Origin: Gammaproteobacteria bacterium
Lineage (GTDB): Bacteria > Pseudomonadota > Gammaproteobacteria > SZUA-229
Length of the DNA stretch: 64,000 nucleotides
Assembly (NCBI GenBank): GCA_026195895.1
Contig: JAPHRO010000033.1
Span: 6,739-70,738 of the forward strand
Reading direction: 5' to 3'
Of this stretch, positions 1-12,100 are shown one piece after another (position 1 is the stretch's first letter; every line of letters starts with the position of its first letter). The translations under genes were made by a program, and so were the position numbers. The notes beneath the pieces are model-generated. The model was given only the letters and a program-made list of their open reading frames with translations. It was not told where the DNA came from and made no database searches.

Positions 1-929
1 ATCACAGAACGATTGCCGTCGGCGACACTGGAGTCAATTTCAACGCCGCGGTTGATCGGACCGGGATGCATTACGATGGCATCTGGTTTGGCTGACTGTA
101 AGCGTTCTTCGGTCAGGCCATAGAGCTGGAAATATTCCTGTTCACTGGGCAGTAGAGCGCCCTGCATGCGTTCTTTTTGTAAGCGCAGCATAATGACGAC
201 ATCAGCATCTTTAATGCCTTCTTCCAGATCGTGAAAAACACTGACGCCCATTTGTTCGATATCTTTCGGTAACAGGGTTCTTGGCGCGACTACGCGCACG
301 TCACCGGTATTTAATGTATTGAGTGCGTGGATTTGTGAGCGCGCGACCCGTGAATGCAGGATATCGCCCACAATGGCAACCCGTAAGCCACCAAAGTCAG
401 CGCCTTTGTTGCGGCGGATGGTGAACATGTCGAGCATGGCCTGCGTCGGGTGTGCGTGGCGACCATCGCCCGCATTCAATACGCTGATGTGCGGTGCGGC
501 GTGATTAGCAATAAAATGGGCCGAACCGGAGTTTGCGTGACGAACGATAAACATGTCGCATTGCATGGCTTCGAGATTGCGCAGGGTATCCAGCAGGGAC
601 TCGCCTTTACTGGTAGCGGAGGTGCTGATATTAATATTGAGTACATCGGCGGATAATCGTTTTGCGGCCAGTTCAAAAGTGGTGCGGGTTCGGGTGCTGG
701 CTTCAAAAAATAAATTCACAATGGTTTTGCCGCGCAGCAGGGGAACTTTTTTTACCGATTCGTTTACCCCGGCAAAGCTCTCGGCGGTATCCAGAATCTG
801 GTTGAGTATATTGGTGCCGAGTCCTTCGATGGTCAAAAAATGTTTCAGCTTGCCATTGGCATCGAGCTGGATATTCCAGAGATCCTGTCCAATCAGGAGA
901 TCCGTGGGGCGAGTGGCCTTGTTAACCAT
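1..929 (-). CDS. pyrB: Aspartate carbamoyltransferase catalytic subunit (3' end runs off the window)
   Basis: Not in the ORF track. Translating from the ATG at 929 gives [37 protein letters not shown]..., followed by [25 protein letters not shown] and MHPGP motifs. Lies directly downstream of pyrR. Confidence 0.95.
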   Translation of the reverse strand, partial: MVNKATRPTDLLIGQDLWNIQLDANGKLKHFLTIEGLGTNILNQILDTAESFAGVNESVKKVPLLRGKTIVNLFFEASTRTRTTFELAAKRLSADVLNINISTSATSKGESLLDTLRNLEAMQCDMFIVRHANSGSAHFIANHAAPHISVLNAGDGRHAHPTQAMLDMFTIRRNKGADFGGLRVAIVGDILHSRVARSQIHALNTLNTGDVRVVAPRTLLPKDIEQMGVSVFHDLEEGIKDADVVIMLRLQKERMQGALLPSEQEYFQLYGLTEERLQSAKPDAIVMHPGPINRGVEIDSSVADGNRSV

Positions 930-954
930 TGTGTTTACTCATTTCGTTAGCGTG

Positions 955-1470
955 TTATTTTGCATTGTTGATTTTTTTAATTTCCCATGTCAGCGGGTCG
1001 GGGCCAGTGAGTTTTATATGTTCATTTTCACCCAGCTCCAGAGACTGGCCAACGACATCGGCCTGCACAGGCAGTTCGCGACCTGGGCGCTCAATCAGGC
1101 AGGCCAGCATGATTGAAGCAGGGCGGCCATAATCAAATAATTCGTTCATGGCGGCGCGAATGGTGCGGCCAGTCTGTAATACATCATCAACCAGAATAAT
1201 ATGACAGTCTTCTACCTGTGGCGGCAGGCTGGAGGTTTTAACCTGTGGATGCATACCAATACGTGAAAAATCATCACGATAGAAACTGATATCAAGTGTC
1301 GCCAGTGGTTGTTTCAGTTTGAGTTTTTTATGCAAATGCTCCGCTAGCCAGGCGCCGCCGGTGTGTATGCCGACCATCAGTGGATCACTGATATTTCTCT
1401 GTTCGAGTAGGTTTTCCAGATCGGTCGCCAGTTTTTCCAGCAATTGATCAGGCTGTGCTGCATGGGTCAT
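955..1470 (-). CDS. pyrR: Pyrimidine operon regulator / uracil phosphoribosyltransferase PyrR
   Basis: LDISFYRDD and ILVDDVLQTGRTIRAA (PRPP-binding) motifs; adjacent to pyrB. Confidence 0.95.
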   Translation of the reverse strand: MTHAAQPDQLLEKLATDLENLLEQRNISDPLMVGIHTGGAWLAEHLHKKLKLKQPLATLDISFYRDDFSRIGMHPQVKTSSLPPQVEDCHIILVDDVLQTGRTIRAAMNELFDYGRPASIMLACLIERPGRELPVQADVVGQSLELGENEHIKLTGPDPLTWEIKKINNAK

Positions 1471-1883
1471 GTATTCTGCTCCAGCCAGTTTTGTACGATG
1501 ATGGCTGCCGCCATTTTATCAATCTCCTGTTTATTGTGCTGGCCTATTTTTTTATTTTGCTGCAAAAGTTGTTCGGCTTCATATGAGCTCAGCGCTTCGT
1601 TGATGGTATGCACCGGTAACTTGAATCGCCCTTCCAGTTGGCGGCAAAAACGTTCGGCTTTATCGCTGATGTCACTTTTACCGCCATCAAGCAACAGTGG
1701 CAGGCCGACTATCAGGGCGTCCGGTTGCCATTCTTCGATCAGCTTTTTTATCTGATCCCAGTCAGGTTTATTATTAACCGCATTGAGAGTGATCAGTGGT
1801 GATGCATTGCCGGTGATGGTCTGGCCAGTGGCTACGCCGATGCGTTTTTCACCGAAGTCGAAGCCGAGCACCGACTGCACCAT
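1467..1883 (-). CDS. yqgF: YqgF/RuvX family pre-16S rRNA nuclease
   Basis: LGFDFGEKRIGVA, VGLP and IDKMAAAII motifs; conserved yqgE-yqgF-pyrR order. Confidence 0.93.
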   Translation of the reverse strand: MVQSVLGFDFGEKRIGVATGQTITGNASPLITLNAVNNKPDWDQIKKLIEEWQPDALIVGLPLLLDGGKSDISDKAERFCRQLEGRFKLPVHTINEALSSYEAEQLLQQNKKIGQHNKQEIDKMAAAIIVQNWLEQNT

Positions 1884-2449
1884 CAGGCGTGTCCTGTGTC
1901 TGAGCTAAGCAATTGCAAATCGATGCCAAGCAATTTTGCGGCGGCTTCCCAGCGTTTTTCTGGAGGGGTGTGGAACAGGATTTCTTCATTGGCCGGGCAG
2001 CTTAACCAGGCGTTCTGTGAGAGTTCGTATTCCAGTTGTCCGGGTCCCCAGCCAGCGTAACCGAGGGTGATGATCACGTTTTCCGGGCCTTTATCCTGGG
2101 CAATGGCTTCGAGTATGTCCCTGGAAGTGGTGACGGCTATGGCGTCGGTAACTTTCAGACTGGAATCCCAGTTACCGTGGGGTTTGTGTAATAAAAAGCC
2201 GCGATCCTGCTGCACAGGCCCACCGATAAAAATAAACTGGTCAGCAATTTCAGTATTGGCTGCTTCGATATTTAACTGGGTAAATATTTCCTTGAGCTGA
2301 ATATCGATGGGCCGATTGATGGTAATGCCCAGAGCGCCGTTGTCGTCATGTTCGCAAATGTAAGTTACCGATTGAGAAAAATTGCCATCTTCAAGGCTGG
2401 GCATGGCGATCAGAAAATGATTGGTTAAATTGGTTTCTGTGTCATCCAT
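1883..2449 (-). CDS. yqgE: YqgE/AlgH family protein
   Basis: HFLIAMP, GGPVQQDRGF and LGYAGWGPGQLE motifs; ends in GHA. Confidence 0.93.
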   Translation of the reverse strand: MDDTETNLTNHFLIAMPSLEDGNFSQSVTYICEHDDNGALGITINRPIDIQLKEIFTQLNIEAANTEIADQFIFIGGPVQQDRGFLLHKPHGNWDSSLKVTDAIAVTTSRDILEAIAQDKGPENVIITLGYAGWGPGQLEYELSQNAWLSCPANEEILFHTPPEKRWEAAAKLLGIDLQLLSSDTGHA

Positions 2450-2461
2450 TTGATAAATCCA

Positions 2462-3337
2462 TTAGTAGCTTCGAAGTTGGTGGTTGCTAAGAAATTCCCA
2501 GCTACGCGTGATGTGAATGATGTCGGCTGTTTTAAGTAAATTTTTTGGAAACGGTTCAAACGGCGAGGCCATTTTAACAATGCGTTTCGCTGCATCATCA
2601 AGTATTTGATGGCCGGATGAACGGCGCAGGTCGACCTTGTTTAAACTGCCGTCTGCATTAATAACGACATCGAGTATCAGGGTGCCGCTGAGTTTTTTCC
2701 GAATCGCATCATCGGGATAATCAGCATTGCCCAGGCGCTCAACTTTGTCGATCCATTGGCGCATATAGGTTGCCGCTACATATTCCCTGGTTCTTGAGTT
2801 GAGGAATTTTTCTTTGGGTTTTTGTGAAAACTCCTGGAAGGTCAGGCTGAGTTCTTCAACCATTCTGGCTGGCAGTTTGTTCTGTTGCCTGGCTTCGCTG
2901 AGCAAGGTGTTGATGTCTTGCTGACTGGTTTTTTTCTGTGTATTTATTTTGTGAGTAGCATTTTTCCGGGTGAGCAACGCCTGTTTGTTGTTATTTTTTA
3001 TGCGCGGTTTTGCGGTTGCTGTTTGTTGCATGGCAATGCCGGGCTTTTGCGACAGACTCGGTGCTGAAAAAAGATCGGTAGGCCTGACTTTTTTATCACT
3101 GGTGCCACCGCCGTCCTGTGAAACCTGGGCCAGATATTCTGCCTGTTCAGTTTTGGATGGATTAGATGTATTTACCAGGATCACATCCAGCGAAGGTGGA
3201 ATTTTTTGTCTGGCGAGCGGCGATGAAACAAAGGTAATGCCAAGTATAAGAATGCCATGGAATAAAATCGCAAAAAAGAGAGTCATGCCAAGACGATCAT
3301 TGGCGGTAACTGGCGGGGTTGCGGCAGTTTTCTGCAT
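2462..3337 (-). CDS. TonB-family energy transducer (TonB3-like)
   Basis: N-terminal TM helix containing His (LFHG); TonB_C-like region with RSSGHQILDDAA and IIHITRSWEF; position between gshB and algH. Confidence 0.85.
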   Translation of the reverse strand: MQKTAATPPVTANDRLGMTLFFAILFHGILILGITFVSSPLARQKIPPSLDVILVNTSNPSKTEQAEYLAQVSQDGGGTSDKKVRPTDLFSAPSLSQKPGIAMQQTATAKPRIKNNNKQALLTRKNATHKINTQKKTSQQDINTLLSEARQQNKLPARMVEELSLTFQEFSQKPKEKFLNSRTREYVAATYMRQWIDKVERLGNADYPDDAIRKKLSGTLILDVVINADGSLNKVDLRRSSGHQILDDAAKRIVKMASPFEPFPKNLLKTADIIHITRSWEFLSNHQLRSY

Positions 3338-3345
3338 GGCGTTGA

Positions 3346-4380
3346 TTATAGTGGCGGACTCACAATTAGTGTAGTCTGAATTTGCTTATTTAATATTAAT
3401 TTCTGTTGCATTTCAGGTGATACATGGACGTTTCCATCAGCATCGATCAGCATCACCTTGGTAATACCCAGATTTTTTGCCATGCGGTGCCAGTGATCCG
3501 GGCCCGCAATGAAAAGCGCAGTGGCGGCAGCATCGGCCAGACCTGAATCATGATGTATGACTGTTACCGATTGTGTACCTTCGGCAGGGTAACCTGTGTT
3601 CGGGTCGAGAATATGGTGATAGCGCTTGCCCTCATACATATAAAAACGCTCATAGTCGCCGGAGGTGAAAATGCTTTCCTCGCCCTGGGGTTCAATGCTG
3701 GCAATGATGTCATCTTTTCGTGGATGGCGTATGGCAATTTTCCAGGGACGATCGCCATGATTTCCCATGGTTTTCAAGTCACCGCCGGTATTGATTATGG
3801 CATTATCTATACCCAGTTGTTTTAAGCGCTTAATGCTAAGGTCAATCGCATAACCCTTGGCGAAGGCGCCAAAACTGAGTTGCACATTGGGGTTGTCGCT
3901 ATACATTTTTACGCCTTCGAGATGAAGGTTGGACATCTGCGGATTTTGTTGAATCAGCTGGTCTATTTGCTGTTTATCGGGTGGCGCTATACCGGGCTGG
4001 TCGTGTTTGTGAAATTGCCACAGATTAATTAGCTTACCAATGGCGGGATTGAATAAATTGTCTGTTTTGGCGGCTAATTTTTTTGATTCAATTACCAGAG
4101 GGATTACCGAAGGATCCATGGAGAATTTCTTGCCGGTGGGAATCAGAGAATTGACGCGACTGACAGAGCTGGGTTCCCAGGGCGTCCAGTTCTGATGCAT
4201 GTATTCAAAATCTGCGTCGAGTTCTTTGAAGGCCTGTGCGGCAAGTTTTTCATCGACGTCGTAAAGTGTTACATCAATTATGGTGCCGAATTGTAAAATA
4301 CTGTGGTGAAACTCTTTCGGGTTGTTATCACAGGCAGTAAGTAGTAGCGCTAGCAGGCTGAAAATAAAAAATTTAATCAT
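3346..4380 (-). CDS. apbE: FAD:protein FMN transferase (ApbE family lipoprotein)
   Basis: Lipobox LTAC; AKGYAID, NTGGD, TSGDYER, RYHHILDPNTGYP and ADAAATA motifs. Start ATG overlaps the gshB stop. Confidence 0.92.
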   Translation of the reverse strand: MIKFFIFSLLALLLTACDNNPKEFHHSILQFGTIIDVTLYDVDEKLAAQAFKELDADFEYMHQNWTPWEPSSVSRVNSLIPTGKKFSMDPSVIPLVIESKKLAAKTDNLFNPAIGKLINLWQFHKHDQPGIAPPDKQQIDQLIQQNPQMSNLHLEGVKMYSDNPNVQLSFGAFAKGYAIDLSIKRLKQLGIDNAIINTGGDLKTMGNHGDRPWKIAIRHPRKDDIIASIEPQGEESIFTSGDYERFYMYEGKRYHHILDPNTGYPAEGTQSVTVIHHDSGLADAAATALFIAGPDHWHRMAKNLGITKVMLIDADGNVHVSPEMQQKLILNKQIQTTLIVSPPL

Positions 4381-5324
4381 GATCTGAGTGTTTCGATGCA
4401 ATTCATTAATTGTATGCCAATATCAAGCTTGAATTGTGTATCCAGTTCTCGAATACAGGTGGGGCTGGTGACATTAATTTCGGTCAGATAGTCGCCAATA
4501 ACATCAAGGCCAACAAAAATGAGTCCCATGTCTTTTAGCGTTGGGCCAACCTGTTGGCAAATCCAGTGCTCTCGTTCAGTGAGCGCCATGCCAACACCCT
4601 GACCTCCCGCAGCAATATTGCCGCGAGTTTCACCAGCTGCTGGAATGCGGGCCAGTGAATAGGGTACGGCCTCACCGTTAATCATTAAAATGCGTTTATC
4701 GCCCTGGTTGATTTCAGGAATAAACTTTTGTGCCATGACGGTTTTGTTGCCATGCTGGGAGATATTTTCCAGTATGACGGAGAGATTGGCATCATCGGGG
4801 CGGACTCTAAATATCGATTCTCCACCCATGCCGTCCAGTGGTTTTAAAATAACATCCTGCTGTTCACTAATGAAGTTGCGCAGTTGTTTCGGCTGGCGAG
4901 ATACCAGTGTGTCTGTGCAACATTGCGGAAAATGAGTAGTAAAAAGTTTTTCGTTAGCATCCCGCAGACTGGCAGGTTTGTTGACAATTAAAGTTCCGTG
5001 TTTTTCTGCCTGTTCGAGCAGATAGGTGGTATAGATGTATTCCATGTTAAAAGGCGGATCTTTACGCATCAGAATCACATCAAGTTCGGCTAAAGCGATG
5101 TCCTTGACGGGTTCTAATGTAAACCAGTCATCGGCATTGTCTTCAACTTCAAGCTTTTGCATCCTGGCGAATGCCTGGCTATCGCGTAAATATAAATCCG
5201 ACTGTTGCATGTAGTAGAGTGGCCAGCCTTTTTTCTGGGCGGCCAGCAACATGGCGAAGCTGCTGTCTTTATAGGTTTTGATGGACTCTATTGGGTCCAT
5301 GACGATGCCGAGTTTGAGTTTCAT
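4377..5324 (-). CDS. gshB: Glutathione synthetase
   Basis: KLGIVMDPI, MRKDPPF, KPLDGMGG and EINVTSPT motifs; divergent from pilG as in Pseudomonas. Confidence 0.97.
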   Translation of the reverse strand: MKLKLGIVMDPIESIKTYKDSSFAMLLAAQKKGWPLYYMQQSDLYLRDSQAFARMQKLEVEDNADDWFTLEPVKDIALAELDVILMRKDPPFNMEYIYTTYLLEQAEKHGTLIVNKPASLRDANEKLFTTHFPQCCTDTLVSRQPKQLRNFISEQQDVILKPLDGMGGESIFRVRPDDANLSVILENISQHGNKTVMAQKFIPEINQGDKRILMINGEAVPYSLARIPAAGETRGNIAAGGQGVGMALTEREHWICQQVGPTLKDMGLIFVGLDVIGDYLTEINVTSPTCIRELDTQFKLDIGIQLMNCIETLRS

Positions 5325-5601
5325 GGGCCTATTTTGTGTTGATTTGGTGTGCAATTCATGAATTGTGCCTTATTTCAAATAAATAATGCAATAAATATCG
5401 TTAAAAATCAAAATCTTACTAGAGCAACCTTAAGGCTGTACATAATATTTTGAGCGTAACTGTTTTATTTTTGTTGGTTTTTATTTGCGTAAATCAAGTA
5501 CTTGAGCTACATTCCAAAATAATTAAGTGTTGAGACCTGGAGCAGGCTGTTGCCTGCTGCGGCAAGAAAAATAGACCTGATTGGGGACGCACAGGACAGT
5601 T

Positions 5602-5991
5602 ATGGCAGAAGATTCCAAAGCTATTGATGGCCTGAAGGTCATGGTGATTGATGATAGTAAAACCATTCGCCGTACCGCAGAAAATTTATTAAAAAAAGAA
5701 GGTTGTGAGGTAGTTACTGCGGTAGATGGCTTTGAAGCTCTCTCCAAAATAGCCGAACACAAACCCGATATTATTTTTGTCGATATTATGATGCCACGGC
5801 TGGATGGCTATCAGACATGTGCTTTGATAAAACACAACCGCATGTTTAAAAGTACGCCAGTCATTATGTTATCCAGTAAAGACAGTATTTTTGACAGAGC
5901 TCGAGGTCGGATTGTCGGTTCAGAGCAGTATTTGACCAAGCCTTTTACCAAAGATGACTTGCTGGGTGCGATTAAAGAGTACACAGGGTAA
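5602..5991 (+). CDS. pilG: Twitching-motility response regulator PilG
   Basis: KVMVIDDSKTIRRTAE, DIMMPRLDGYQTCALIK and GRIVGSEQYLTKPF; start placed at the ATG after GGA. Confidence 0.95.
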   Translation: MAEDSKAIDGLKVMVIDDSKTIRRTAENLLKKEGCEVVTAVDGFEALSKIAEHKPDIIFVDIMMPRLDGYQTCALIKHNRMFKSTPVIMLSSKDSIFDRARGRIVGSEQYLTKPFTKDDLLGAIKEYTG

Positions 5992-6066
5992 AAATAAATA
6001 GTCCATTAACTGCTACAGACTGAATGTAGTAGCGATTGTGAAGTAGAAGGTGGTTGGAGTAAACGA

Positions 6067-6435
6067 ATGGCAAACATTCTAATAGTTGATGATTCACCGA
6101 CTGAAGTCCACGTTTTCAAGACGATGCTTGAAAAGAACGGGCATACGGTAAGTGTGGCTGAAACAGGTGAGACCGGCATTGAAAAGGCAAAGGAAGTGTT
6201 ACCCGATCTGGTGTTGATGGATATTGTAATGCCGGGCATAAATGGTTTTCAGGCGACCCGTCAACTGGCGACAATTGAAGAAACATCGAAAATACCTGTC
6301 ATTATTGTAACGACAAAAGACCAGGAAACAGACAAAGTCTGGGGTATACGGCAGGGTGCCAAAGATTACATCGTAAAACCGGTTAAGGAAAAAGATCTGA
6401 TTGATCGGGTAAATTCTGCGCTGGCAGGTGGTTAG
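6067..6435 (+). CDS. pilH: Twitching-motility response regulator PilH
   Basis: ILIVDDSPTE, GFQATRQL and TTKDQETDKVWG motifs. Confidence 0.95.
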   Translation: MANILIVDDSPTEVHVFKTMLEKNGHTVSVAETGETGIEKAKEVLPDLVLMDIVMPGINGFQATRQLATIEETSKIPVIIVTTKDQETDKVWGIRQGAKDYIVKPVKEKDLIDRVNSALAGG

Positions 6436-6450
6436 TCATTGGATGAAGTA

Positions 6451-6981
6451 ATGAGTGAACCATTCCAGAGGCTGCTTGAGATAGAACAGAAATGTCGTGC
6501 CAGCGCCGCTGTATTGCCTGGCCTGGATAGCGACAAAGACGAATGGTCGGGCATCGGCTTTCGAATAGGCGGCACAGAATTTTTATCAAAAATGGGTGAG
6601 GTAACGGAAATACTCGACCCACCAGAATATACCAGAATACCGGGCGTTCAATCCTGGGTTGTTGGTATAGCCAATGTTCGCGGTAGCCTTTTGCCTTTAA
6701 TGGATTTGAAAGGTTTTATAACCGGAGAGAGTTTGGCTAACAGAAAGAATGGTCGTGTACTGGTAATTAACCATAATGGTGTCAATATCGGGCTGATCGT
6801 TGATGAAGTGTTAGGAATGAGGCACTTCTTTTTAAGTGAGAAGGCGTATGAGTTGCCTGAAATGGAAAATAACATGCGGCCATATATCAAGCAGGCTTTT
6901 TTGCGAGATAAACAGTACTGGCCCGTATTTAGTTTTCATTCGCTGGTTGAAGATGAGCGTTTTTTACATGCTTCATTGTAA
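6451..6981 (+). CDS. pilI: CheW-like coupling protein PilI
   Basis: WSGIGFRIG, GIANVRGSLLPLMDL and VDEVLGMRHF; position in pilGHIJ. Confidence 0.92.
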   Translation: MSEPFQRLLEIEQKCRASAAVLPGLDSDKDEWSGIGFRIGGTEFLSKMGEVTEILDPPEYTRIPGVQSWVVGIANVRGSLLPLMDLKGFITGESLANRKNGRVLVINHNGVNIGLIVDEVLGMRHFFLSEKAYELPEMENNMRPYIKQAFLRDKQYWPVFSFHSLVEDERFLHASL

Positions 6982-7037
6982 TAGGTATTAAAACGAAATC
7001 GATTTATTACGGTGTCGTGCTTGGAGAATAAAAAGAT

Positions 7038-9137
7038 ATGAGTGCAGCAAAACGAAACCCGTTTGCTATAGGTGCAATCAGCAAGCCAATTCTGATATTG
7101 GGTTTTGTCCTGGTGGTGTCTATTTTAGCGATGGGTGGTAGCTTATGGTATGCGGCAACCCAGCAGGCATATCAACAGCAGTATCTCGAAATAGTATCGG
7201 AACAAAAGCTTCTGTCTCAGCGTATTGCAACATCCTCGCTGGAAGCCGCCGCAGGTAAAGAGACGGCATTTTTTCAACTGGAGCAATACAAAAGCCGATT
7301 CGATGAAACATTAAACATTTTTTCTTCTGGTAACGTAGTGGCAAAGCTTCCGCCACTGCCGTCTTCAGCACGCAGTGGACTGAATTCGGTGAAAGGTGTA
7401 TGGGCCGGTGAAACGGGAGGCAGTTTACCGGACGATACGGCTTATCGACAAAATATTCTGCGTATTCTTGAAGGTAAGGTGGCTATTTCAGAAGTCGGCG
7501 AGTTCGTGCTGGTTATACAGGAATTTATACCGCAGTTATTGTCATTCTCTGAAGAAGTTGTCGATCTTCTGGTAGAGCGTGATGCACCGCCACACCAGGT
7601 TTTCATGGCATCACGACAGTTGATGTTGACCCAGCGTATAGAAAATAACATGAACCGTGTTTTATCGGGCGGTGAAGGTGCGGCAGCGGCAGCTGACAGG
7701 TTTGGTCGCGACGCTGCGCGTTTCGGTAGTGTACTGGAAGGCATGCTGAAAGGTTCTAAAGCGTTACGTATTAAACAAATTAATGATGAAGTGGTGCGGA
7801 CCAAGTTACGTGAAGTCGCTATGTTATTTAGTTCGGTTAGTGATCACGTAGAAGCGATTCTTGAATTATCACCTGACCTGTTTGATGTTAAAGGCGCTGC
7901 TGACAAGGTAGATAAACTGAGTGCTGAGCTGCTGGCCGAAACTGAAGTGCTGGAAAAACAAATTGTTGCACACGGTAAATTCCTTGATGTAGTGAGCTGG
8001 ATTGGATTTGCTGCTGGTGGCCTGGCGGTAATCGCTATCATCCTGGCCGGTATTCTGATGGTACGTGACTCCGGTGAGCGTGAGGATGCAGCACTCGAAC
8101 AAAATAGAAGAAATCAGCGCGCGATCCTGCGCTTGCTGGATGAAATGGCAAATCTGGCGGAAGGTGACCTTACCGTGCATGCAACGGTAACCGAAGAAAT
8201 CACCGGTGCGATCGCCGATTCGGTTAACTACGCGATCGACGCGCTGCGATCCCTGGTAGCCACCATTAACACCACCGCCGTGGAAGTGTCGTCAGCGGCA
8301 GAAAAAACACAGGCGACAGCATCACGATTGACCGATGCATCGGCGCATCAGGCGCGTGAGATTGCCTCGGCCTCGGCAGCAATCACCGATATGGCCGACT
8401 CGATGGAAGGTGTATCGAAAGACGCGGAAGGCTCGGTGGATGTAGCGCATAAATCACTGGAAATCGCACAGAAAGGTGCGGGCATTGTACGACGTAGTAT
8501 TCAGGGTATGGATACGATTCGTGAGCAGATTCAGGAAACATCAAAACGTATCAAGCGACTGGGTGAATCATCCCAGGAGATCGGTGATATCGTTGGACTG
8601 ATTACTGAGATCGCCGACCAGACGAATATTCTGGCATTGAACGCTGCCATTCAGGCATCGACCGCCGGTGAAGCGGGTCGTGGTTTCGCGGTTGTTGCGG
8701 ACGAGGTACAGCGACTGGCGGAACGTGCAGGTAATGCAACCAAGCAGATTGAAGCACTGGTTAAAACCATCCAGGCGGATACCAGCGAAGCGGTAAGCTC
8801 GATGGAAGCCAGTACTACCAACGTGGTAAGCGGTGCGAAGATGGCTGAAGATGCGGGTGAAGCATTGATCGAAATCGAAACCGTATCCGATGAACTGGCC
8901 GAATTGATCCAGGGTATTTCCCAGTCAGCGAGCCGTCAGGCGTCGGTGGCGATGGATGTATCAAACACCATGAATGTTATCCAGGAGATTACACTGCAAA
9001 CATCTGAAGGTACTGAAGAGACTTCAGCATCGATCGGTAATCTAAGCGAGCTTGCGAATGAACTTCGTAAGTCAGTAGCCGGCTTTAAGCTGCCAGACAG
9101 CGACGAGCAGGTTGAAACAGTTATTTTGAATGGCTAA
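7038..9137 (+). CDS. pilJ: Methyl-accepting chemotaxis protein PilJ
   Basis: Two TM helices; [13 protein letters not shown]; MCP signalling hairpin [13 protein letters not shown]...[19 protein letters not shown]. Confidence 0.95.
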   Translation: MSAAKRNPFAIGAISKPILILGFVLVVSILAMGGSLWYAATQQAYQQQYLEIVSEQKLLSQRIATSSLEAAAGKETAFFQLEQYKSRFDETLNIFSSGNVVAKLPPLPSSARSGLNSVKGVWAGETGGSLPDDTAYRQNILRILEGKVAISEVGEFVLVIQEFIPQLLSFSEEVVDLLVERDAPPHQVFMASRQLMLTQRIENNMNRVLSGGEGAAAAADRFGRDAARFGSVLEGMLKGSKALRIKQINDEVVRTKLREVAMLFSSVSDHVEAILELSPDLFDVKGAADKVDKLSAELLAETEVLEKQIVAHGKFLDVVSWIGFAAGGLAVIAIILAGILMVRDSGEREDAALEQNRRNQRAILRLLDEMANLAEGDLTVHATVTEEITGAIADSVNYAIDALRSLVATINTTAVEVSSAAEKTQATASRLTDASAHQAREIASASAAITDMADSMEGVSKDAEGSVDVAHKSLEIAQKGAGIVRRSIQGMDTIREQIQETSKRIKRLGESSQEIGDIVGLITEIADQTNILALNAAIQASTAGEAGRGFAVVADEVQRLAERAGNATKQIEALVKTIQADTSEAVSSMEASTTNVVSGAKMAEDAGEALIEIETVSDELAELIQGISQSASRQASVAMDVSNTMNVIQEITLQTSEGTEETSASIGNLSELANELRKSVAGFKLPDSDEQVETVILNG

Positions 9138-9156
9138 GGCAACGGCGTATTTATAG

Positions 9157-12100
9157 ATGAAGACAGAGGATACTGTTGAATACAATTCGTTACGCTGGGT
9201 TAAAAAAGAACTCGATCTGATTCTTAATGAAGCCCAGTCATCCTTGTCTGTATATATTGAAGATACGGATGAAGTTGATCGTTTACGTGAATGTATAGAG
9301 CATTTGCATATGGTTCAGGGAACCCTGCAGATGGTTGAGCTTTACGGTGCGGCGCAATTGGCAGAAGAGATGGAGCAGGTGGCGACCGCTGTGCTGAATG
9401 GCGCACTGGAAAAAACTGATGACGCCTACGATGTTCTAATGCGCTCCATGTTGCAGCTACCCGATTATCTGGAGAGCTTGCAGGCAGGTAACAAAGATGT
9501 GCCGATGGTGCTACTGCCGTTGCTTAACGATTTGCGTGCTTCTCGTAGTGCAAATTTATTATCTGAAAATGTTCTGTTCTTTCCTGATATTGAAGCCAGT
9601 GATGATCAGGCAGAATCCGTTGAAGTAGCGGCCGGACAATTACAGGCGCTGGCTAAAAAGTTACGACCTCATTATCAAATTGGCTTGCTTGGCTGGTTTA
9701 AAGGTCAAAAAATTCGAGCCAGCTTAAAGCGAATTCTGGCGGTACTCACCGAGCTGGAAAAAAAATCAGCGACTAATTCAATTTCACGCCTATGGTCGGT
9801 TAGTGCCGCACTTACGGAAGGTTTGGCAAACGAAGGTATAGATTCAAGCGTTAGTATAAAAATGTTACTGGGCCAGGTTGACCGAGCTGTTAAACAGCTT
9901 ATCGACCAGGGCGAAGAATCGTTTGCTAAAAATATACCAGAAGAGTTACTAAAAAACTTACTCTACTATATTGCCCGTGTTGAAAAAGAAAGCCCGCGTG
10001 TAAATAAAGCCAAAGAGACTTATCGGTTGCAGGAATTATTACCTGCTGATAGTGAGCTGGAAGAAGCGCGTTCAGGTCTGGGTGGCTTAAATACTGAGCT
10101 GCTTCGTACAGTATCTCAGGGGATTCGTGAAGACCTGCTTGAAGTTAAAGATGTTATAGAAATATTTGTACATAGTGAGTCACACAATCCTGAACGTTTG
10201 TCCGGACTACCTGAGTTATTGAATAAGATAGCTGACACATTGGCTATGCTTGGTTTGGGCGGTCCGAGAGAAAATGTACTGGAACAGTGCGATAAAATTA
10301 AGCAACTGGTAGATGGCAGTATTGAGGCGGTAGACGATGAGGTGATGAACGTCGCCAGTGTGCTATTGAATGTCGAGTCGCAGCTAAATAACTTTATAGC
10401 ATCACGTTCTGGTATTGTTGATGATATTGAAGGACAGAAGCGGCGGGTAGGTGATCTTGGTGAAATGCCAGAAGCCGAATATCTGGAAGTTTTGTCGGCC
10501 GTAATCAGAGAGGCGCTGCAGGACTTCAGTGATGCCAGGCAGGCAATACTTGGATATCTTGAAAATAATACAGATAAAGAATTATTAGACATTATTCTTA
10601 AGCGTCTTGATGAAGTTAGCGGCGCAATGTTTATGTTACCAATCCAGAAGCTTGAGCCTCAGATTGCAGCTTTGCATGATTATGTGGCAAAAGTTTTGCG
10701 CAATGCTGGGCAAGTGCCTGATCAGCAAACACAGGATGATATGGCTGATGTTGTTACCAGTGTCGAATACTATCTGGAAGCAATTCTTGAAGGGCGGCCT
10801 GATCTTGAGTTATCACTAAGTACTGGTGAGGCAGCGGCGCAAAGGCTAAATAAGGTTTCATCGAAATTTGAAGATGTAGCTGAACCATTGCCTTCGGAAG
10901 AAAAATTAGCGGAAGTTAAAGCCGAAGTAGTTGAAGAAAAAAAACCTGCCAAAGAGAAAGCTGCAGAAAAAACGGCAGCTACTGAATCAACTGATGTAGA
11001 GCAACGTTATGTCATACTGGGTGACGATGCAGACGAAGAAATACTCGAAATTTTTATCGAGGAAGCGCTAGAAGAACTCGCTTCGCTGAATGAGCAGATA
11101 CCTGTTTGGGCAAATAATCACCAGGATGAAGAAGCGCTAACAACAATCAGACGCTCTTTTCATACATTGAAGGGAAGTGGTCGACTTATTGGGGCCGAAC
11201 TCATTGGCGAGTTTTCATGGGGCTTTGAAAACATGCTAAATCGGATTATCGATAAATCCCGACCTTTGAACCAGGAAGTCTTCGATGCGCTCGACGAGGC
11301 GCTGGGTGTCCTGCCACAATTGATCGAACAGTTAAAAGGTAACCGCGAACCTATTCCCAATGTGTATGAGCTCATTGATCGGGTGGAATCGCTGGGAAAG
11401 TGGCAAAAGTCTGATGCCACAACCAAGGGCGCAGACTTGGAAACAGACACAAAAAATGAGTCTGGGTCTGAACAGGAAGAGTTAACGGAATCTATTGAAT
11501 TAGAGATCACGGAACCAGAGCCAGAAATTGTTCAGCAAGATGTGCAGCTGATTGTCGAAGAAAAAAATCCTGTTGATGAAATAGACGCGGCTGATGATTT
11601 GCCTGATCTGAGTGAGGAAATATCAGAATCTGATATAGATGATGAATTCGATATTGACTTAACCGAAGATCTTGAAGCTTTGCAGTTGGCTATTTCCCCA
11701 GAAGATGAAGATGCTGGCGAAGAAGAAATTTTACTGGAAATTGAAGAAGAGCCCGTTGTAGAGGCCGAAGAAACAGAGGCGTTTGAAATTGAAGAAGATG
11801 CATCTGCTACTCAATTAGACATCGAAGAAACCGAAGACTTCAATGCTGAAGATGCACTTGAAATCCATATTGATCCTGTACTGTTTAAAATATTTAAAGG
11901 CGAGTCAGAAAGTCACCTGCAAAATATTCGCGACTTGCTCGATAAACACTATCAGGGCGTTGAAGCATTATCGGCGAATCAGGAATTAATCAGGGCGTTA
12001 CATACCCTTTTTGGTAGTGCACGTACTGCCAATGTTGATGAGATAGCAGAGCTTTGTGGGGCGCTGGAGAAATATGTAAAACTTTATCAGGAATTCGATG

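Noticed and set aside
319-1132. Several + strand ORFs (e.g. 553..1116)
   Set aside because: Antisense shadows of pyrB and pyrR, which occupy the minus strand.
5370-5402. Possible Fur box in the gshB-pilG intergenic region
   Set aside because: Only an AT-rich partial match to GATAATGATAATCATTATC; not supportable.
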